Under the pieces are notes generated by a model. The model made no database searches. It was not told the origin of the DNA and saw only the letters and a list, made by a program, of their open reading frames with translations. The position numbers and the translations under genes were made by a program. DNA of 64,000 bases from Myxococcota bacterium (GTDB lineage Bacteria > Myxococcota_A > SURF-8), in contig CAXXQS010000002.1 of NCBI GenBank assembly GCA_963674735.2, positions 320,001-384,000 on the forward strand, given 5' to 3'. Below, piece by piece: positions 48,215-59,652 of this stretch (the stretch's first letter is position 1; every line of letters starts with the position of its first letter).

Positions 48215-48478
48215 GAGCCGTCTCGCCGCCTCCCGCCGGGAAATCCGTTGGACCGGCTTGCCGAGGGGTACCGTGAGCATCCCGGCGTCAAATCCGCATC
48301 TCCATCCTTAATTGCGGTGTGCAGAAGGTCAGGCCGGCTTTCCGGCAAGGGGTTCCGAAACGCGCACAGCTTTCCTCTGGACTCACCCATTGCGGAAGTG
48401 GGAAAAACCCAGCAAAAACACGGCCAATACTCCACTAAATATCTTATATTCAATAGTATTTTTGAACAGTTAAGGCGA

Positions 48479-48539
48479 GTGACAATTTTCGTCACCCCTA
48501 CGGTGGCAAGACGGCAAGGACGGTGGCAATTTTTGTCAC
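48479..48539. promoter_or_regulatory. Two palindromic putative enhancer (PilR-type) sites
   Basis: GTGACAATTTTCGTCAC (48479-48495) and GTGGCAATTTTTGTCAC (48523-48539), upstream of the sigma54 promoter. Confidence 0.6.
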
Positions 48540-48625
48540 TTCGCATGATTTCACCGCGCCGAAAATGAGCGGATTTATTTATTTTAGCAATGGATTCGGC
48601 TAGTTAAAAGAATAATAGGGAAAAT

Positions 48626-48641
48626 TGGCACAGGGCTTGCT
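48626..48641 (+). promoter_or_regulatory. Sigma54 (-24/-12) promoter of pilA
   Basis: TGGCAC-AGGGC-TTGCT. Confidence 0.88.
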
Positions 48642-48710
48642 TTACTATCCGGTAACTCCACACACGGAGGAATTTTTTAGGGTCATAACACAGCTTTAAG
48701 GAGACACGTT

Positions 48711-49130
48711 ATGAAAAAAGGTTTTACGTTGATTGAGTTGATGATCGTCGTGGCCATTATTGGTATTCTGGCCGCCGTCGCCATTCCGGCTTATTCCGAC
48801 TATGTCAAGAAGAGCCGTGAAGCTGAAGCCATCAATGCTCTCGGTGACATCCGCACCGCCCAGATCGCTTACAAAGACGATCCGGCCTCCGGCGCTGGCG
48901 CCTATGCCGAGAACATCGTTGAGCTGAAATGGCACATCGACAGTGGCGAAGCTGGCGGCGGCGTGGGCGGCACCATCGGTCGCGGTCCTGCGTACTTCAC
49001 CTATGAGACCGGCCAGGCCCTCGATCCGGGTCAGTATGCCATGACCACCACCGGCAATGCCGCGCAGGTCATCCATCCCTCGATCGAAGTCCATCACGAT
49101 GGCAAACTGGTTTACGCCGACACCCTGTAA
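48711..49130 (+). CDS. pilA: Type IVa major pilin
   Basis: MKKG|[22 protein letters not shown] class III signal. Has its own sigma54 promoter and terminator. Confidence 0.92.
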   Translation: MKKGFTLIELMIVVAIIGILAAVAIPAYSDYVKKSREAEAINALGDIRTAQIAYKDDPASGAGAYAENIVELKWHIDSGEAGGGVGGTIGRGPAYFTYETGQALDPGQYAMTTTGNAAQVIHPSIEVHHDGKLVYADTL

Positions 49131-49169
49131 GAACCGACCTGTCGCTTAACGCGACTTTGGGAGGCCTCG

Positions 49170-49200
49170 GAACCCCCACCTTCGGGTGGGGGTTTTTTTT
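49170..49200 (+). terminator. Rho-independent terminator
   Basis: AACCCCCACC-TTCG-GGTGGGGGTT plus a T-tract. Confidence 0.9.
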
Positions 49201-49370
49201 AAGTTCCGAACCGCCAATCGACAGTCGGACGTCACAAGGTCGCATCGTTACCGGAAAAATCGACCGTTTCCCGACTAGCCGTCAACGCGAAACCGTGACT
49301 CCTCCACATTTCTCTTGACACAAATCGATTCGAATTTAGTTTAGTACGAGTATCTTAAGATTAAGGTTAT

Positions 49371-50267
49371 ATGGAGTCCGGGTTTCAGATGCGTCATCGT
49401 CACCACATCCTCTGGATACTGATTCTCGCCATTCTTCTGGGCGTTTATGCCATTATTGAAACGAATCTGCGGGACAAAGTGGCCGCCGATTCCCAATCCG
49501 CCACCTTCCACGTCTTACCCGAAAAGAAAATCGCTCCCGTTTTATCGTTGGGCTTTCAAAATCTCTGGGCCGACGTTCTGCTCCTGCAAACCCAGATCTA
49601 TTCCTACGATCACCGCGAAAATATGACGCTCGAAAGAACTCACCAGCTCAAATCCATGGTCGATTTAATTCTGGCGCTGGATCCGCATTACACCGTCGCC
49701 GCGCGTTTCGGCCACTTCGTTTTATCCTCATTCGGCGATTTGATGGGCATCGTGGAAGCCAACGAAATTCTTTACAAAAGCTGGAAACGAAATCCGGATG
49801 AATACCGGTTGCCGATGTACATCGGTTTCAATTATTATCTGAACGCCGAGGCGCCCAACCAAGTCGTGAAATGGTTTCGGGTGGCGCTCGAAAACCCCGA
49901 AGCCCCGCGTCGCCTGATCTGGATGGTGGACATGATGCTGCGCAGCCAATCCGGCGATCCCAAAAATTACCGCATTCACAAACAGGCCATGTGCAGCATG
50001 TGCGAAGAAGCGGAAGATCCCCTGCAAATTCGTCACCTTTGCGGACGCTGCAAACTATACGACATCCTCGTCCAGCTAAACGATCTGGCGCAGCGTTTCC
50101 GCTCCGAACAGAAACAGCCGCTTGAAACCCCCCAGGATTTCGTTCGAACAGGTTATCTGGCGGAACTGCCGCCCTGTCCGGAAGGGGGCCGCTGGTACAT
50201 TCGCGAGGATGGCGTTATCGATTCGACAGCCAATATTGATGCGGTTACGAACGTGGACCGGAGATGA
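49371..50267 (+). CDS. Pilus accessory TPR-like protein (Myxococcus PilG / Geobacter Xap-like)
   Basis: LSLGFQNLWAD, LDPHY, YIGFNYY and LP.CP.GG motifs. Lies between pilA and the ABC genes. Confidence 0.65.
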   Translation: MESGFQMRHRHHILWILILAILLGVYAIIETNLRDKVAADSQSATFHVLPEKKIAPVLSLGFQNLWADVLLLQTQIYSYDHRENMTLERTHQLKSMVDLILALDPHYTVAARFGHFVLSSFGDLMGIVEANEILYKSWKRNPDEYRLPMYIGFNYYLNAEAPNQVVKWFRVALENPEAPRRLIWMVDMMLRSQSGDPKNYRIHKQAMCSMCEEAEDPLQIRHLCGRCKLYDILVQLNDLAQRFRSEQKQPLETPQDFVRTGYLAELPPCPEGGRWYIREDGVIDSTANIDAVTNVDRR

Positions 50268-51211
50268 ACATGCAAGCAGCGATCGACGTTCAAAACATCG
50301 GTAAACATTTCAAATCGAACTTCCTGCTGCGCACGATCAGCGCTTTGCAGGACGTGAGTTTTTCGATTCAGGAAGGCGAAGTCTTCGGCCTGATCGGACA
50401 CAACGGAGCCGGGAAAACCACCCTGATCAAGATTTTGACCGGCCTGATTCGTCCTTCCACCGGCCAAGCCGCCCTTTTCGGCCATCCGGTCGGGGACATT
50501 CAAGCCCTCTCGCAGCTCGGGTTTCTACCGGAGCGACCCTATTTCTACGAATACCTCACCGGCCGCGAAGCCCTGAATTTTTACGGCCGCTTAGCCGGTT
50601 TATCCGCCAACGCCATCGCCCGCCGCAGCTCGGAATTGCTGGCGATGCTCAAGCTGGAAGAGGCCGCCGACCGACCCATGCGACTCTACAGCAAAGGCAT
50701 GCTGCAACGCCTGGGAATGGCACAAGCCATTTTGCACGATCCGCCGCTGGTTTTGCTCGACGAACCGATGAGCGGCCTGGACCCGCTGGGGCGCGGTCAA
50801 ATAAAGGATATCATTCATCTTTTGAAAAAGCAGGGGAAGACCATCCTCTTTTCTTCGCACATCCTCTCCGACGTGGAGGAGCTTTGCGACCGCGTGGCCG
50901 TTCTGGCCAACGGACACTTGCGCTACGAAGGCGACCTTGAAACACTCACGGCGACATACAAAGAAGGCGTTGAGATCGTCATTGAGAACGTAGCGGACGA
51001 GCACATGGCCGGCCTTTCCGATCTGGGGGCCGAAATAACGCAGCAAAACGGGCGCGTCAAACTCTTTCTGTCGAACGATCAAGATGATCAGCGTGTCATC
51101 AAACAATTGATCGAGCAAGGTTTTCACATCGACCGCATGATACCGAAGCGGATGTCGCTCGAAGAAATCGTGGTCCGCCAATTCCAATCGGGGAAGGAGG
51201 AAGGTCGATGA
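50264..51211 (+). CDS. ABC transporter ATP-binding protein (PilH-like)
   Basis: GHNGAGKTT, YSKGM and LLDEPMSGLDP motifs. Confidence 0.92.
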   Translation: MNMQAAIDVQNIGKHFKSNFLLRTISALQDVSFSIQEGEVFGLIGHNGAGKTTLIKILTGLIRPSTGQAALFGHPVGDIQALSQLGFLPERPYFYEYLTGREALNFYGRLAGLSANAIARRSSELLAMLKLEEAADRPMRLYSKGMLQRLGMAQAILHDPPLVLLDEPMSGLDPLGRGQIKDIIHLLKKQGKTILFSSHILSDVEELCDRVAVLANGHLRYEGDLETLTATYKEGVEIVIENVADEHMAGLSDLGAEITQQNGRVKLFLSNDQDDQRVIKQLIEQGFHIDRMIPKRMSLEEIVVRQFQSGKEEGR

Positions 51212-51975
51212 AAATCCTGATCATCGCGCTCAATACCTTCCGGGAAGCCGTGCGCAACAAAGTTCTCTATACTTTGCTGTTTTTCTCCGTCGTCTTTTCG
51301 GCGTTCAGCATTTCACTCTCGACGCTCGTCCTGGGCGAGTACACTCACATGCTGACCAATGCGGGGTTGGCCATTATCGAAATATTCGGCACCTTGATCG
51401 CCATATTCGTGGGCATCAACCTCGTATACAAGGAACTCCAGCTCCGCACCATTTACACGATCATCACCCGGCCCATCCGCCGCTACCAGTTCATTTTGGG
51501 CAAATACCTGGGCCTGATGGCCACGCTGTTTGTACAAGTGCTGCTGATGACGGCGATTTTCTTTGCCATCCTGCTTCTTTTCGACGGCCAGGAGCGCATC
51601 CCCCTCCTGCTTCCGGCCATCTGGCTGATTTTCATGAAATTGGCGGTGGTGACGGCCTTCGCCGTCCTGTTCTCCTCGATTTCGACGCCGATTTTATCCG
51701 GCATGTTCACCCTCGGTTTCTACGTGATCGGGTCCACCTCCGGCTACCTGCCCATGCTCATCAACCCGGCCGAGTCGCCCTCGGCGGCGACGTTGATTCG
51801 CTGTTTGAACTTCCTGCTACCCGATTTCCGTTTCCTCGATGTCAAAGCTCAGGTCGTTTACAAACAGGCTGTCGAGCTCGGATATTTGTTCCAATCCAGC
51901 GCCTACGCGCTCTTCTATCTGGCGATTTTGCTGGTCTTGTCGATCCTGATTTTCGAACAACGCGACATGAAATAG
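51208..51975 (+). CDS. ABC-2 permease (PilI-like)
   Basis: [28 protein letters not shown] and FEQRD motifs. Confidence 0.88.
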   Translation: MKILIIALNTFREAVRNKVLYTLLFFSVVFSAFSISLSTLVLGEYTHMLTNAGLAIIEIFGTLIAIFVGINLVYKELQLRTIYTIITRPIRRYQFILGKYLGLMATLFVQVLLMTAIFFAILLLFDGQERIPLLLPAIWLIFMKLAVVTAFAVLFSSISTPILSGMFTLGFYVIGSTSGYLPMLINPAESPSAATLIRCLNFLLPDFRFLDVKAQVVYKQAVELGYLFQSSAYALFYLAILLVLSILIFEQRDMK

Positions 51976-52055
51976 CGTAAGCCATCGCCATCCTACCGGA
52001 TTTGTTTGTTTTTTTTCTTCAGCGCGAATCGGTTTGTTTTCCGGTCGTGCAACGC

Positions 52056-52084
52056 TTGACAGCCTCCGGCTTTGCCGTTATTCT
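52056..52084 (+). promoter_or_regulatory. Sigma70-type promoter of guaBA
   Basis: TTGACA-N17-TATTCT. Confidence 0.65.
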
Positions 52085-52180
52085 CCATTAACTTTTTCGG
52101 CGGGCGGGACACTTTATGCAGACGCCGCACATCGGCTGCCGGGAATGGTTTATCATCTCTCAGTAAAGGAGGATCGGTAC

Positions 52181-53647
52181 ATGCTGGAAGATCAACTGCC
52201 GTTGGGATTGACATTCGACGACGTTCTTCTGATGCCCGCTTATTCAGAAGTTCTGCCTTCCGAAGTCAATCTGACCGCGCGTTTGACCCGGACCCTGACC
52301 ATCAATATTCCGATTCTTTCGGCGGCCATGGATACCGTAACCGAGTCCCGCACGGCGATCTGTCTGGCCCGTGAAGGCGGAATCGGCATCATCCACAAAA
52401 ACATGTCGGTCGAGCAGCAGGCCATCGAAGTCACGCGCGTCAAAAAGTCCGAATCGGGCATGATTGTCGATCCGGTAACGATTTCTCCGGAGAAGACGAT
52501 CAAAGACGCCCTCGCCATCATGGACCATTACCACATCAGCGGCGTTCCGGTGACGGTGCGCCGGAAGCTGGTCGGCATCCTCACCCACCGCGACTTGCGC
52601 TTTGAAAAAAACCTCACCCGCAAAGTCAAGGAAATGATGACCTCCAAAAACCTGATTACGGTATCGGGCGAGGTTTCGCTGGAGGAAGCCAAGGTTATTC
52701 TGCATAAACATCGCATCGAAAAGCTGCTGGTCGTCAACGACAAGCAGGAATTGATCGGACTGATCACCACCAAGGATATCGAAAAAGCCCGACGTTTCCC
52801 CAACGCCGCGAAAGATAAAAAAGGACGTCTCCTGGTCGGCGCGGCGGTCGGAACCGGCAAAGATCGCGCCGAGCGCGTCAAAGCGCTGGTCAAGGCCGGA
52901 GTCGATGTGATCGTGCTGGATACGGCCCACGGCGACAGTAAAAACGTCATCACCGCACTCAAAAGCATCAAACGCAGCTACCCCAAAATGCAGGTCATCG
53001 CCGGAAACATCGCCCGCCCCGAAGCCGTCGAGCGGCTGGTCAAGGCCGGTGTGGACGCGGTGAAAGTCGGCATCGGCCCCGGTTCCATCTGCACCACGCG
53101 GGTAGTGGCGGGCGTCGGCGTGCCGCAATTGACCGCCATCGCCGAATGCTCCAAAGTAGCGGCCAAATACGACGTCCCGGTTATCGCCGACGGCGGAGTC
53201 AAATACAGCGGCGACCTGGTGAAAGCCCTGGTAGCCGGAGCCGACACCGTGATGCTCGGCTCCATGTTCGCCGGGATCGACGAAGCCCCCGGCGACACCA
53301 TCATGTTCCAGGGCCGCTCCTACAAGGTCTATCGCGGGATGGGATCCATCTCGGCCATGGCCCAGGGTTCGAAAGACCGCTATTTCCAGGAAAACGTCAA
53401 AGACGAGCGCAAGCTTGTTCCTGAAGGTATTGAAGGGCGCGTCCCTTACAAAGGCAGCCTGTCGGGGATCGTTTACCAGTTGGTGGGCGGCTTGCGCTCC
53501 GGCATGGGCTATGCGGGTTGCAACACCATCGAACGGCTGAAAAAGGAAGGGCGGTTTGTACGCATCACCCAAGCCGGGTTACGCGAATCGCACGTCCACG
53601 ACGTGATCGTCACCAAGGAGGCCCCCAACTACCGGGCCGACTCCTGA
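52181..53647 (+). CDS. guaB: IMP dehydrogenase
   Basis: [20 protein letters not shown] pair, [11 protein letters not shown] and YRGMGS motifs. Confidence 0.98.
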   Translation: MLEDQLPLGLTFDDVLLMPAYSEVLPSEVNLTARLTRTLTINIPILSAAMDTVTESRTAICLAREGGIGIIHKNMSVEQQAIEVTRVKKSESGMIVDPVTISPEKTIKDALAIMDHYHISGVPVTVRRKLVGILTHRDLRFEKNLTRKVKEMMTSKNLITVSGEVSLEEAKVILHKHRIEKLLVVNDKQELIGLITTKDIEKARRFPNAAKDKKGRLLVGAAVGTGKDRAERVKALVKAGVDVIVLDTAHGDSKNVITALKSIKRSYPKMQVIAGNIARPEAVERLVKAGVDAVKVGIGPGSICTTRVVAGVGVPQLTAIAECSKVAAKYDVPVIADGGVKYSGDLVKALVAGADTVMLGSMFAGIDEAPGDTIMFQGRSYKVYRGMGSISAMAQGSKDRYFQENVKDERKLVPEGIEGRVPYKGSLSGIVYQLVGGLRSGMGYAGCNTIERLKKEGRFVRITQAGLRESHVHDVIVTKEAPNYRADS

Positions 53648-53734
53648 GTCCGACACCGACGGCCGCACTGCAATGCGGCCGTTTGCTTTTCCACCATAAC
53701 CGCGCGCCGCTGGCGACGCCCCTGAAAACCGGCA

Positions 53735-55330
53735 ATGACCATGAGCATGCATGAACAGATTCTGATTCTCGATTTCGGTTCCCAGTACACCCAGTTGATC
53801 GCGCGACGCATCCGCGAACTGAACGTCTACTGCGAGATTCATCCTTGCACGATCGGCCTCGACGCCATTCGCGCCCTGACCCCAAGCGGCCTGATTCTGT
53901 CGGGCGGGCCTTCGTCGCTTTTGGATGCCGATGCGCCGCAAGCCCCCGCCGGGCTGTGGGATCTGGACATTCCCATGCTGGGGATTTGCTACGGCATGCA
54001 GCTGATGGCCCGCGACCTGGGCGGCGAGGTGGCCCACGCCGAACGGCGCGAGTATGGGCACGCCGAGATTGCCGTCGAGGGCGCAAGCCGCTTTTTCGAC
54101 GGAGTAACCGGCATCGACGACCACGAAAAAGAACGGACCGAAAGCGGCTTCAACTCTCCGCGCATCGCGCCCGTCTGGATGAGCCATGGCGATCAGGTAG
54201 CGCGCCTGCCGCAGGATTTCCGCGCGATCGGAACCACCCATAATTGCCCCGTGGCCGCCATGGAAGGCCCCGGCCATCGCTTCGGCGTGCAATTCCATCC
54301 GGAGGTGACCCACACCCCCGAAGGCACGCGCATGCTGGAAAATTTCGTGAAGCGGGTGTGCGGGTGTGCGGGCGACTGGACCTCGGAAAGCTTCATCGAT
54401 GAAACCATCGAGCGCCTGCGCGCCCAGATCGGCGACGGCCAGGTGGTCTTGGGACTGTCGGGCGGCGTGGATTCCGCCGTCGCGGCGGCGCTGCTCGACC
54501 GCGCCATCGGCCGCCAATGCACCTGTATCCTGGTGGACAACGGACTCATGCGCAACAACGAAGCGGATGAGGTAGCCGAGGTTTTCCGCAACGGTTTCTC
54601 GCTCAACCTGCTCGTGGTGGACGCCGCCGACCGCTTTCTCGGCGAGTTGGCGGGTGTGACCGACCCGGAAGAAAAACGCAAAATCATCGGCCGCCTGTTT
54701 ATCGAGGTCTTCGAGGAAGAAGCCCACAAACTCGGCCAGGTCGATTTTCTGGGACAAGGCACCATCTATCCGGACGTTATCGAATCGGTTTCGTTCAAGG
54801 GTCCATCCGCCACCATTAAAAGCCACCACAATGTGGGCGGCCTGCCCGAACGGATGAAGATGACCCTGGTCGAACCGCTGCGCGAACTGTTCAAGGACGA
54901 AGTGCGCCGCATCGGCCTGAAACTCGGCCTGCCTGAAAAGCTGATCATGCGCCATCCCTTCCCCGGTCCGGGTCTGGCGGTGCGCGTGTTGGGCGAAGTC
55001 ACCCGGGAACGCTGCGACATCCTGCGCGAAGCCGACCAGATTTTCATCGACGAAATCCGCGCGGCCGACTGGTACGACCGCATTTCGCAGGCATTCTCGG
55101 TGCTTTTGCCGGTCAAATCCGTCGGGGTCATGGGGGATGAACGCACCCACGAAAACGTTCTGGCCCTGCGCGCCGTCAACACCAACGATTTCATGACGGC
55201 TTCCTGGACTCACCTGCCCTACGACCTGCTTGGCCGTATTTCCAATAGAATTATCAACGAAGTACGCGGCATCAATCGCGTGGCTTACGACATCTCCTCC
55301 AAACCGCCCGCCACCATCGAGTGGGAATAA
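53735..55330 (+). CDS. guaA: GMP synthase (glutamine-hydrolysing)
   Basis: [31 protein letters not shown] and KPPATIEWE motifs. Confidence 0.98.
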   Translation: MTMSMHEQILILDFGSQYTQLIARRIRELNVYCEIHPCTIGLDAIRALTPSGLILSGGPSSLLDADAPQAPAGLWDLDIPMLGICYGMQLMARDLGGEVAHAERREYGHAEIAVEGASRFFDGVTGIDDHEKERTESGFNSPRIAPVWMSHGDQVARLPQDFRAIGTTHNCPVAAMEGPGHRFGVQFHPEVTHTPEGTRMLENFVKRVCGCAGDWTSESFIDETIERLRAQIGDGQVVLGLSGGVDSAVAAALLDRAIGRQCTCILVDNGLMRNNEADEVAEVFRNGFSLNLLVVDAADRFLGELAGVTDPEEKRKIIGRLFIEVFEEEAHKLGQVDFLGQGTIYPDVIESVSFKGPSATIKSHHNVGGLPERMKMTLVEPLRELFKDEVRRIGLKLGLPEKLIMRHPFPGPGLAVRVLGEVTRERCDILREADQIFIDEIRAADWYDRISQAFSVLLPVKSVGVMGDERTHENVLALRAVNTNDFMTASWTHLPYDLLGRISNRIINEVRGINRVAYDISSKPPATIEWE

Positions 55331-55586
55331 ACGCCTGCCAAAAATGAAAACCGTGTGGGGGTTGAATATTCGGACCGGCCCGGATGTCTTATGAACATGT
55401 AAACGAGGGCATCGGCGACATGTTGGGGCCGTGGGTTTGTTTACAAACCCATTTGAACTTGACTTCGCTCATTCGAGGTGATATCTTGGGTAGTAAGGGC
55501 AAAACATTAAAATATTTCAATATGTTGCGACGCATTTGGGCTTTGGGAAACAGGGCGTCGAATAGGACGGCGAAGGGAGGCATTCG

Positions 55587-56417
55587 ATGAACGGCCTGCG
55601 ATGGGTCTTGACACTCGGACTGTGGATCCTGATGGCGCAGTTCGCCTGGGCGGACGACGTCGTGGAGACGATCGGCCAAGCAAGCGTGAACTGGACAACC
55701 GGGTTTATGGTGTTCACCGGAGACGGCGCGCCGAACCTGAAAGCGCCCAACGCCGCAGCGGCACGGCTTGGGGCCGAACGCGCCGCCCAGTTGACGGCCT
55801 TGCGTAACGCTCTGGAAACCTTGAAAGGGTTAAAACTCAGCGCCGGCATGACCGTGGGCGAGCATCTGCAAAAAACGCCCGCCATGCAAGCGGAAGTGGA
55901 AGGGGTGATTCGCGGATTCATCGTCGCGGAAACCCGCTACTACTCCGACGGCGGCGTGCAGCGCGACCTCAAAGTGCCCGTCAACGGCGTTTTGAGCCAA
56001 ACGCTCTTGAAAGGCCAATTCGGAGCGACACCCGGCAAGCCCTGCGCGGACAAGGGCAAACAGCCCGCCGCCGCCAAAACGGAAAAGCCCGTCACCGGTC
56101 TGGTTGTCCTGGCCAAGGGACTGGCCGTCATGCCCGCCCTGGCTCCGAAGGTTCTCGACGAGAGCGGCCAGGATGTTTACAGCGTCGCCATGGTTGCGGA
56201 AGCGGACTTGAAAAACGGTGTCGCCCGCTACATGAAGGAAGAAAAAGTCGCCGGGAACGACCCACAAGTGGCCGGGAATCCGCTGGTGGTCAAGGCCGTC
56301 AAAGCGGATAACAGCGTCGATCTGGTGGTGTCGAACGTCGACGCCGAACGCATTCGCAAAGCCGCCGCCGCCGCGTCGTTTCTGACGCAGGGCCGCGTGA
56401 TCATCGTTAAGGACTAA
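55587..56417 (+). CDS. Exported protein with an LPP20-like N-terminal domain
   Basis: Signal peptide, VNWT.G....G.G, A.RAA...A.RN.LE and TGLVV.AKGL...PALAPKV.DE.G. Confidence 0.6.
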   Translation: MNGLRWVLTLGLWILMAQFAWADDVVETIGQASVNWTTGFMVFTGDGAPNLKAPNAAAARLGAERAAQLTALRNALETLKGLKLSAGMTVGEHLQKTPAMQAEVEGVIRGFIVAETRYYSDGGVQRDLKVPVNGVLSQTLLKGQFGATPGKPCADKGKQPAAAKTEKPVTGLVVLAKGLAVMPALAPKVLDESGQDVYSVAMVAEADLKNGVARYMKEEKVAGNDPQVAGNPLVVKAVKADNSVDLVVSNVDAERIRKAAAAASFLTQGRVIIVKD

Positions 56418-56431
56418 GGGGGACGGCCACC

Positions 56432-57631
56432 ATGCAAACCAAACACGATAACCTGAACGTGACGGTGTTCACGCTGCTGCTTACGGCGCTGATCCTTTTC
56501 GCACCCTCGCTCTACGCGCAGGATGGAACCACTGTCGTCGTCAAAGGCGAAGGCGTCATTTACAAAAACGACCGCGCCACCGCGAAAGAAAAAGCCATCG
56601 ACCAGGCTCTGCGCCTGTCGGTCGAGCAGGTGGTGGGCAGCCACATCAAATCCTCCACGCTGGTAAAGAACTTCGTCACCGTCAACGACAAAATCCTCAG
56701 CCAGTCGAAAGGCTACGTCACCGGCTGGGAGGAATTATCCACGCAGGTCGAAGGCGGGGTGGTGATCGTGGAACTGAAAATCACGGTGAAAAACGCCAAG
56801 CTGAAAAGCGACCTCGACGCCATTGAGTGGGCGCTGATGAAGCGCAATTATCCGCGTATGATGCTCATGATCGCCGAACAGAATATCGGCCAGACCGGCT
56901 ATTCGTATTGGTGGGGCACCACCGCCGGAAGCGTCAGCCTGGGACAGGTGGAAAACACCTTGATCGATGAGCTGTCGAAGCTGGGCTTCACCCTCATCGA
57001 TCCGCAGGTGTTGTCCGGTAAAATCAAGATGAAGAAAGCTTACGAAGTCACCACCGGAGCCGTCAGCGACGAGGCGGCAAACGAGATCGCCCATCTTACC
57101 GACGCTCAGATCGTCATCGTGGGCAAGGCGATCGCCACCGACGCCGGACCGGTGTCCGAAGGCTCCAAACTGCGTTCCGGCCAAGCCGATGTAACCGTAC
57201 GCGCCATCAATACCGACAACGGCGAAGTGATCATGACGGCCAGCCTGAATGCAGCGGAACCGCATATTTCAGCCACCACCGCCGGAAACAAAGCCTTTAT
57301 CAAGGCCGGGAAAGCGCTGGCGAAAGAAATCGTCGACAAACTCGTGGACAAATGGCTCGCCTCGTCGGCGACCGTCACCCTGCAAATCAGCGGGTTGACC
57401 GACTATGCCATGCTCGACGCATTCAAGACCGCGCTGACCCATCAGGTGAGCGGCGTAACGGGTGTGATGGAACGTAAAATGATGAAGGACAAGGCCCAGG
57501 TGGATTTGTACTTCGAAGGACAAACGAGCCTGCTGGCCAAAGAACTCAACCAAAAAAGCTTCGACGGGTTCTCGGTCAAGGTGGAGGCCGTAACGGCCAA
57601 CCAGCTCACGTTGAACCTTTCGAAGAAATAG
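56432..57631 (+). CDS. FlgT N-terminal-domain envelope protein
   Basis: A...AI..ALR..VEQVVG..I.S.T.V.N.....D.I...S.GYV, followed by a CsgG/TolB_N-like domain. Confidence 0.65.
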   Translation: MQTKHDNLNVTVFTLLLTALILFAPSLYAQDGTTVVVKGEGVIYKNDRATAKEKAIDQALRLSVEQVVGSHIKSSTLVKNFVTVNDKILSQSKGYVTGWEELSTQVEGGVVIVELKITVKNAKLKSDLDAIEWALMKRNYPRMMLMIAEQNIGQTGYSYWWGTTAGSVSLGQVENTLIDELSKLGFTLIDPQVLSGKIKMKKAYEVTTGAVSDEAANEIAHLTDAQIVIVGKAIATDAGPVSEGSKLRSGQADVTVRAINTDNGEVIMTASLNAAEPHISATTAGNKAFIKAGKALAKEIVDKLVDKWLASSATVTLQISGLTDYAMLDAFKTALTHQVSGVTGVMERKMMKDKAQVDLYFEGQTSLLAKELNQKSFDGFSVKVEAVTANQLTLNLSKK

Positions 57632-57646
57632 GGAGTCGCCGACGAC

Positions 57647-58249
57647 ATGCGCGGATGGATGAAATGGCTGCTGGTCTTGGGGGTCTTGGGCGCACAGGCT
57701 TCCTGTGTGGTGCCCATGGCCGACGAGTACTGGCAGACCCCCGACTACGATCGGTACAAAATCCAAACCGTCACCGTGCTGCCGGTGCGAACCGAAGCCA
57801 TCGACATCCGCGGCCAGGGGATCGTGCGCGGCATGGTTTACGAAAAGCTGCCGGAACGCGGCTATGCCTCGACGGGCGCGGCCCATGTGGATCAGGTGTT
57901 GGTGGAGAAATTCGGCATCACCGATCCGGGACAGATCCATGCCGCCACCCCCGAAGAATTGTGTCAGGCCTTCGAATCGGACGCGCTGCTCTACGGCAAC
58001 ATCCTCGATTGGCGCACCCTCACCCTGGGCGTCCACAACAAGGCGCTGGTGAAGGTCCGCTTCTCGCTTTGGTCCTGTCGGGAAAACCGGGAAGTGTGGT
58101 GGGCGGAAGATGAAGAGGACGAATCGACCGTCGATATCAATCCGGCATCGGCCGCCGCCAACACGCTGGCAACTCTGCAGGCAAGCTATCATCTGTTGGC
58201 CGAGGAAGTCGTTTACAATTGTATGGACAGTCTACCGGCCTCGAAGTAA
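57647..58249 (+). CDS. DUF799/GNA1162-like lipoprotein
   Basis: Lipobox ASC, V.VLP, L..RGY, VD..L...GI and DALLYG.I. Confidence 0.65.
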   Translation: MRGWMKWLLVLGVLGAQASCVVPMADEYWQTPDYDRYKIQTVTVLPVRTEAIDIRGQGIVRGMVYEKLPERGYASTGAAHVDQVLVEKFGITDPGQIHAATPEELCQAFESDALLYGNILDWRTLTLGVHNKALVKVRFSLWSCRENREVWWAEDEEDESTVDINPASAAANTLATLQASYHLLAEEVVYNCMDSLPASK

Positions 58250-58284
58250 GGCGGGTTTTGAGTGATTGCAAAGGAGACTGTGAG

Positions 58285-59223
58285 ATGATCAGATTCGGGA
58301 TGAAGGCGATGTTAATGCTGCTACTGCTCGCATGGATGAATGCCTGCGCCACCAAGCAACCGGTTGCCCCGGCCCCCGCGACCCCGCCGCCGGAAGTCCA
58401 GGCCGAGAAAGCCGCCGCCACGATGCCGAAGCTGAAAATCGCCGTGGCGCGTTTCGAAGACAAAACCGCCTACGGACGCGGACGTCTGGGTGATAGCGCG
58501 ACGGATAAGCTGACCTCCATGCTGGCCAATACCGATGCCTTCATCATGGTGGAACGTGCCGAATTGACCCGCGTGTTGAACGAACAAGCCCTGACCCTCT
58601 CGGGCGTGATCCAGGATGAGAAAGCGGCCGAAGTCGGCAAGATATTGGGCGTTTCGGCCCTGATTTTCGGCTCCGTCTCCGAATTCGGCGTCAACACCGA
58701 GAGCACCGTTTACGGATTGGGAGCCAAAAAGACCCAAACCGCCCGTGCCAGCGTCACCCTGCGGGCCGTGGATGCGACCAGCGGCGAGGTGCTGTTCGCC
58801 CAGGAAGGCGTTGGCGAAGCCTCCACCGAAGCCACCCAGGTACTCGGCATGGGCAAATACGCCGGTTACGACGAAACGCTGGCGGGTCGCGCGCTGGATG
58901 CCGCACTCGGCAAACTGGTGGGCAACATCATCGACAACATGCGCAAGATCGAGTGGGCGGCCAAGGTCGCCGAGGACAAGGACGGCCGCATCATCATCAA
59001 CGCCGGACGCAAAAGCGGGCTGACGGTCGGCATGCCGCTGGCCGTGCACGAACCTTCGGATATCGTCCTCGATCCCGACTCGGGCAAGCCGATTCTCGTT
59101 CCCGGCGCAATGAAAGGCCGAATCTCCATCACCCAGATGCTCGGCGAAGACGCGGCCATCTGTGAGGCGGTGGACGGCATGGGGTTCGAGGCGGGCGACG
59201 TCGTCAAGATGTGCAAGCCGTAG
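58285..59223 (+). CDS. CsgG/HfaB family lipoprotein with an FlgT-C-like C-terminus
   Basis: KIAVARF, F..VER..L..VL.EQ.L..SG, G.ILGV..LIFGSVSEF and INAG..SGL..G. Confidence 0.8.
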   Translation: MIRFGMKAMLMLLLLAWMNACATKQPVAPAPATPPPEVQAEKAAATMPKLKIAVARFEDKTAYGRGRLGDSATDKLTSMLANTDAFIMVERAELTRVLNEQALTLSGVIQDEKAAEVGKILGVSALIFGSVSEFGVNTESTVYGLGAKKTQTARASVTLRAVDATSGEVLFAQEGVGEASTEATQVLGMGKYAGYDETLAGRALDAALGKLVGNIIDNMRKIEWAAKVAEDKDGRIIINAGRKSGLTVGMPLAVHEPSDIVLDPDSGKPILVPGAMKGRISITQMLGEDAAICEAVDGMGFEAGDVVKMCKP

Positions 59224-59305
59224 CGACGACGCGCCGGTCGTAATGAAGATGTACAAGCAGTAAAAGGAGTGATCGATCGTTTATTAACCGGCAAGGGGAA
59301 GGATC

Positions 59306-59626
59306 ATGCAACGGGTTTTAAAAGTCGGTATTCCGGCAATCATCGTAGCATGCTTCATCGTCGGTTGTGCTCATACGCAAACGCGCCAGGTTGAGGAGTA
59401 TGGGGGACTGGTCGTAAATTGCGGTGAGGGTGATGCCCAGGTTTACGTGGAAGAAATGCTGATCGGCGAAGCCGACGACTTCATGAGCAACAGCTGCGCT
59501 TACCCGCTGGAATCGGGTCGCAGTTACATCGTGAAGATCGTGAAAGAAGGCTACAAGCCCTACAGCGAAGAGGTCTACGTGACCGGCGGCAGCATCAAGG
59601 TTGATGCTAAGTTGAATAAGCTGTAA
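59306..59626 (+). CDS. PEGA-like domain lipoprotein
   Basis: IVGC lipobox, A.VYV....IG and V.IVKEGY.PY. Confidence 0.65.
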   Translation: MQRVLKVGIPAIIVACFIVGCAHTQTRQVEEYGGLVVNCGEGDAQVYVEEMLIGEADDFMSNSCAYPLESGRSYIVKIVKEGYKPYSEEVYVTGGSIKVDAKLNKL

Positions 59627-59652
59627 TGAGCAGGTAACCGAAAGGAAGCCGT

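Noticed and set aside
48711-49130. Electrically conductive e-pilin
   Set aside because: It has about 11 aromatic F/Y/W residues in 135 and is a long pilin. This is not persuasive, and the heuristic itself is contested.
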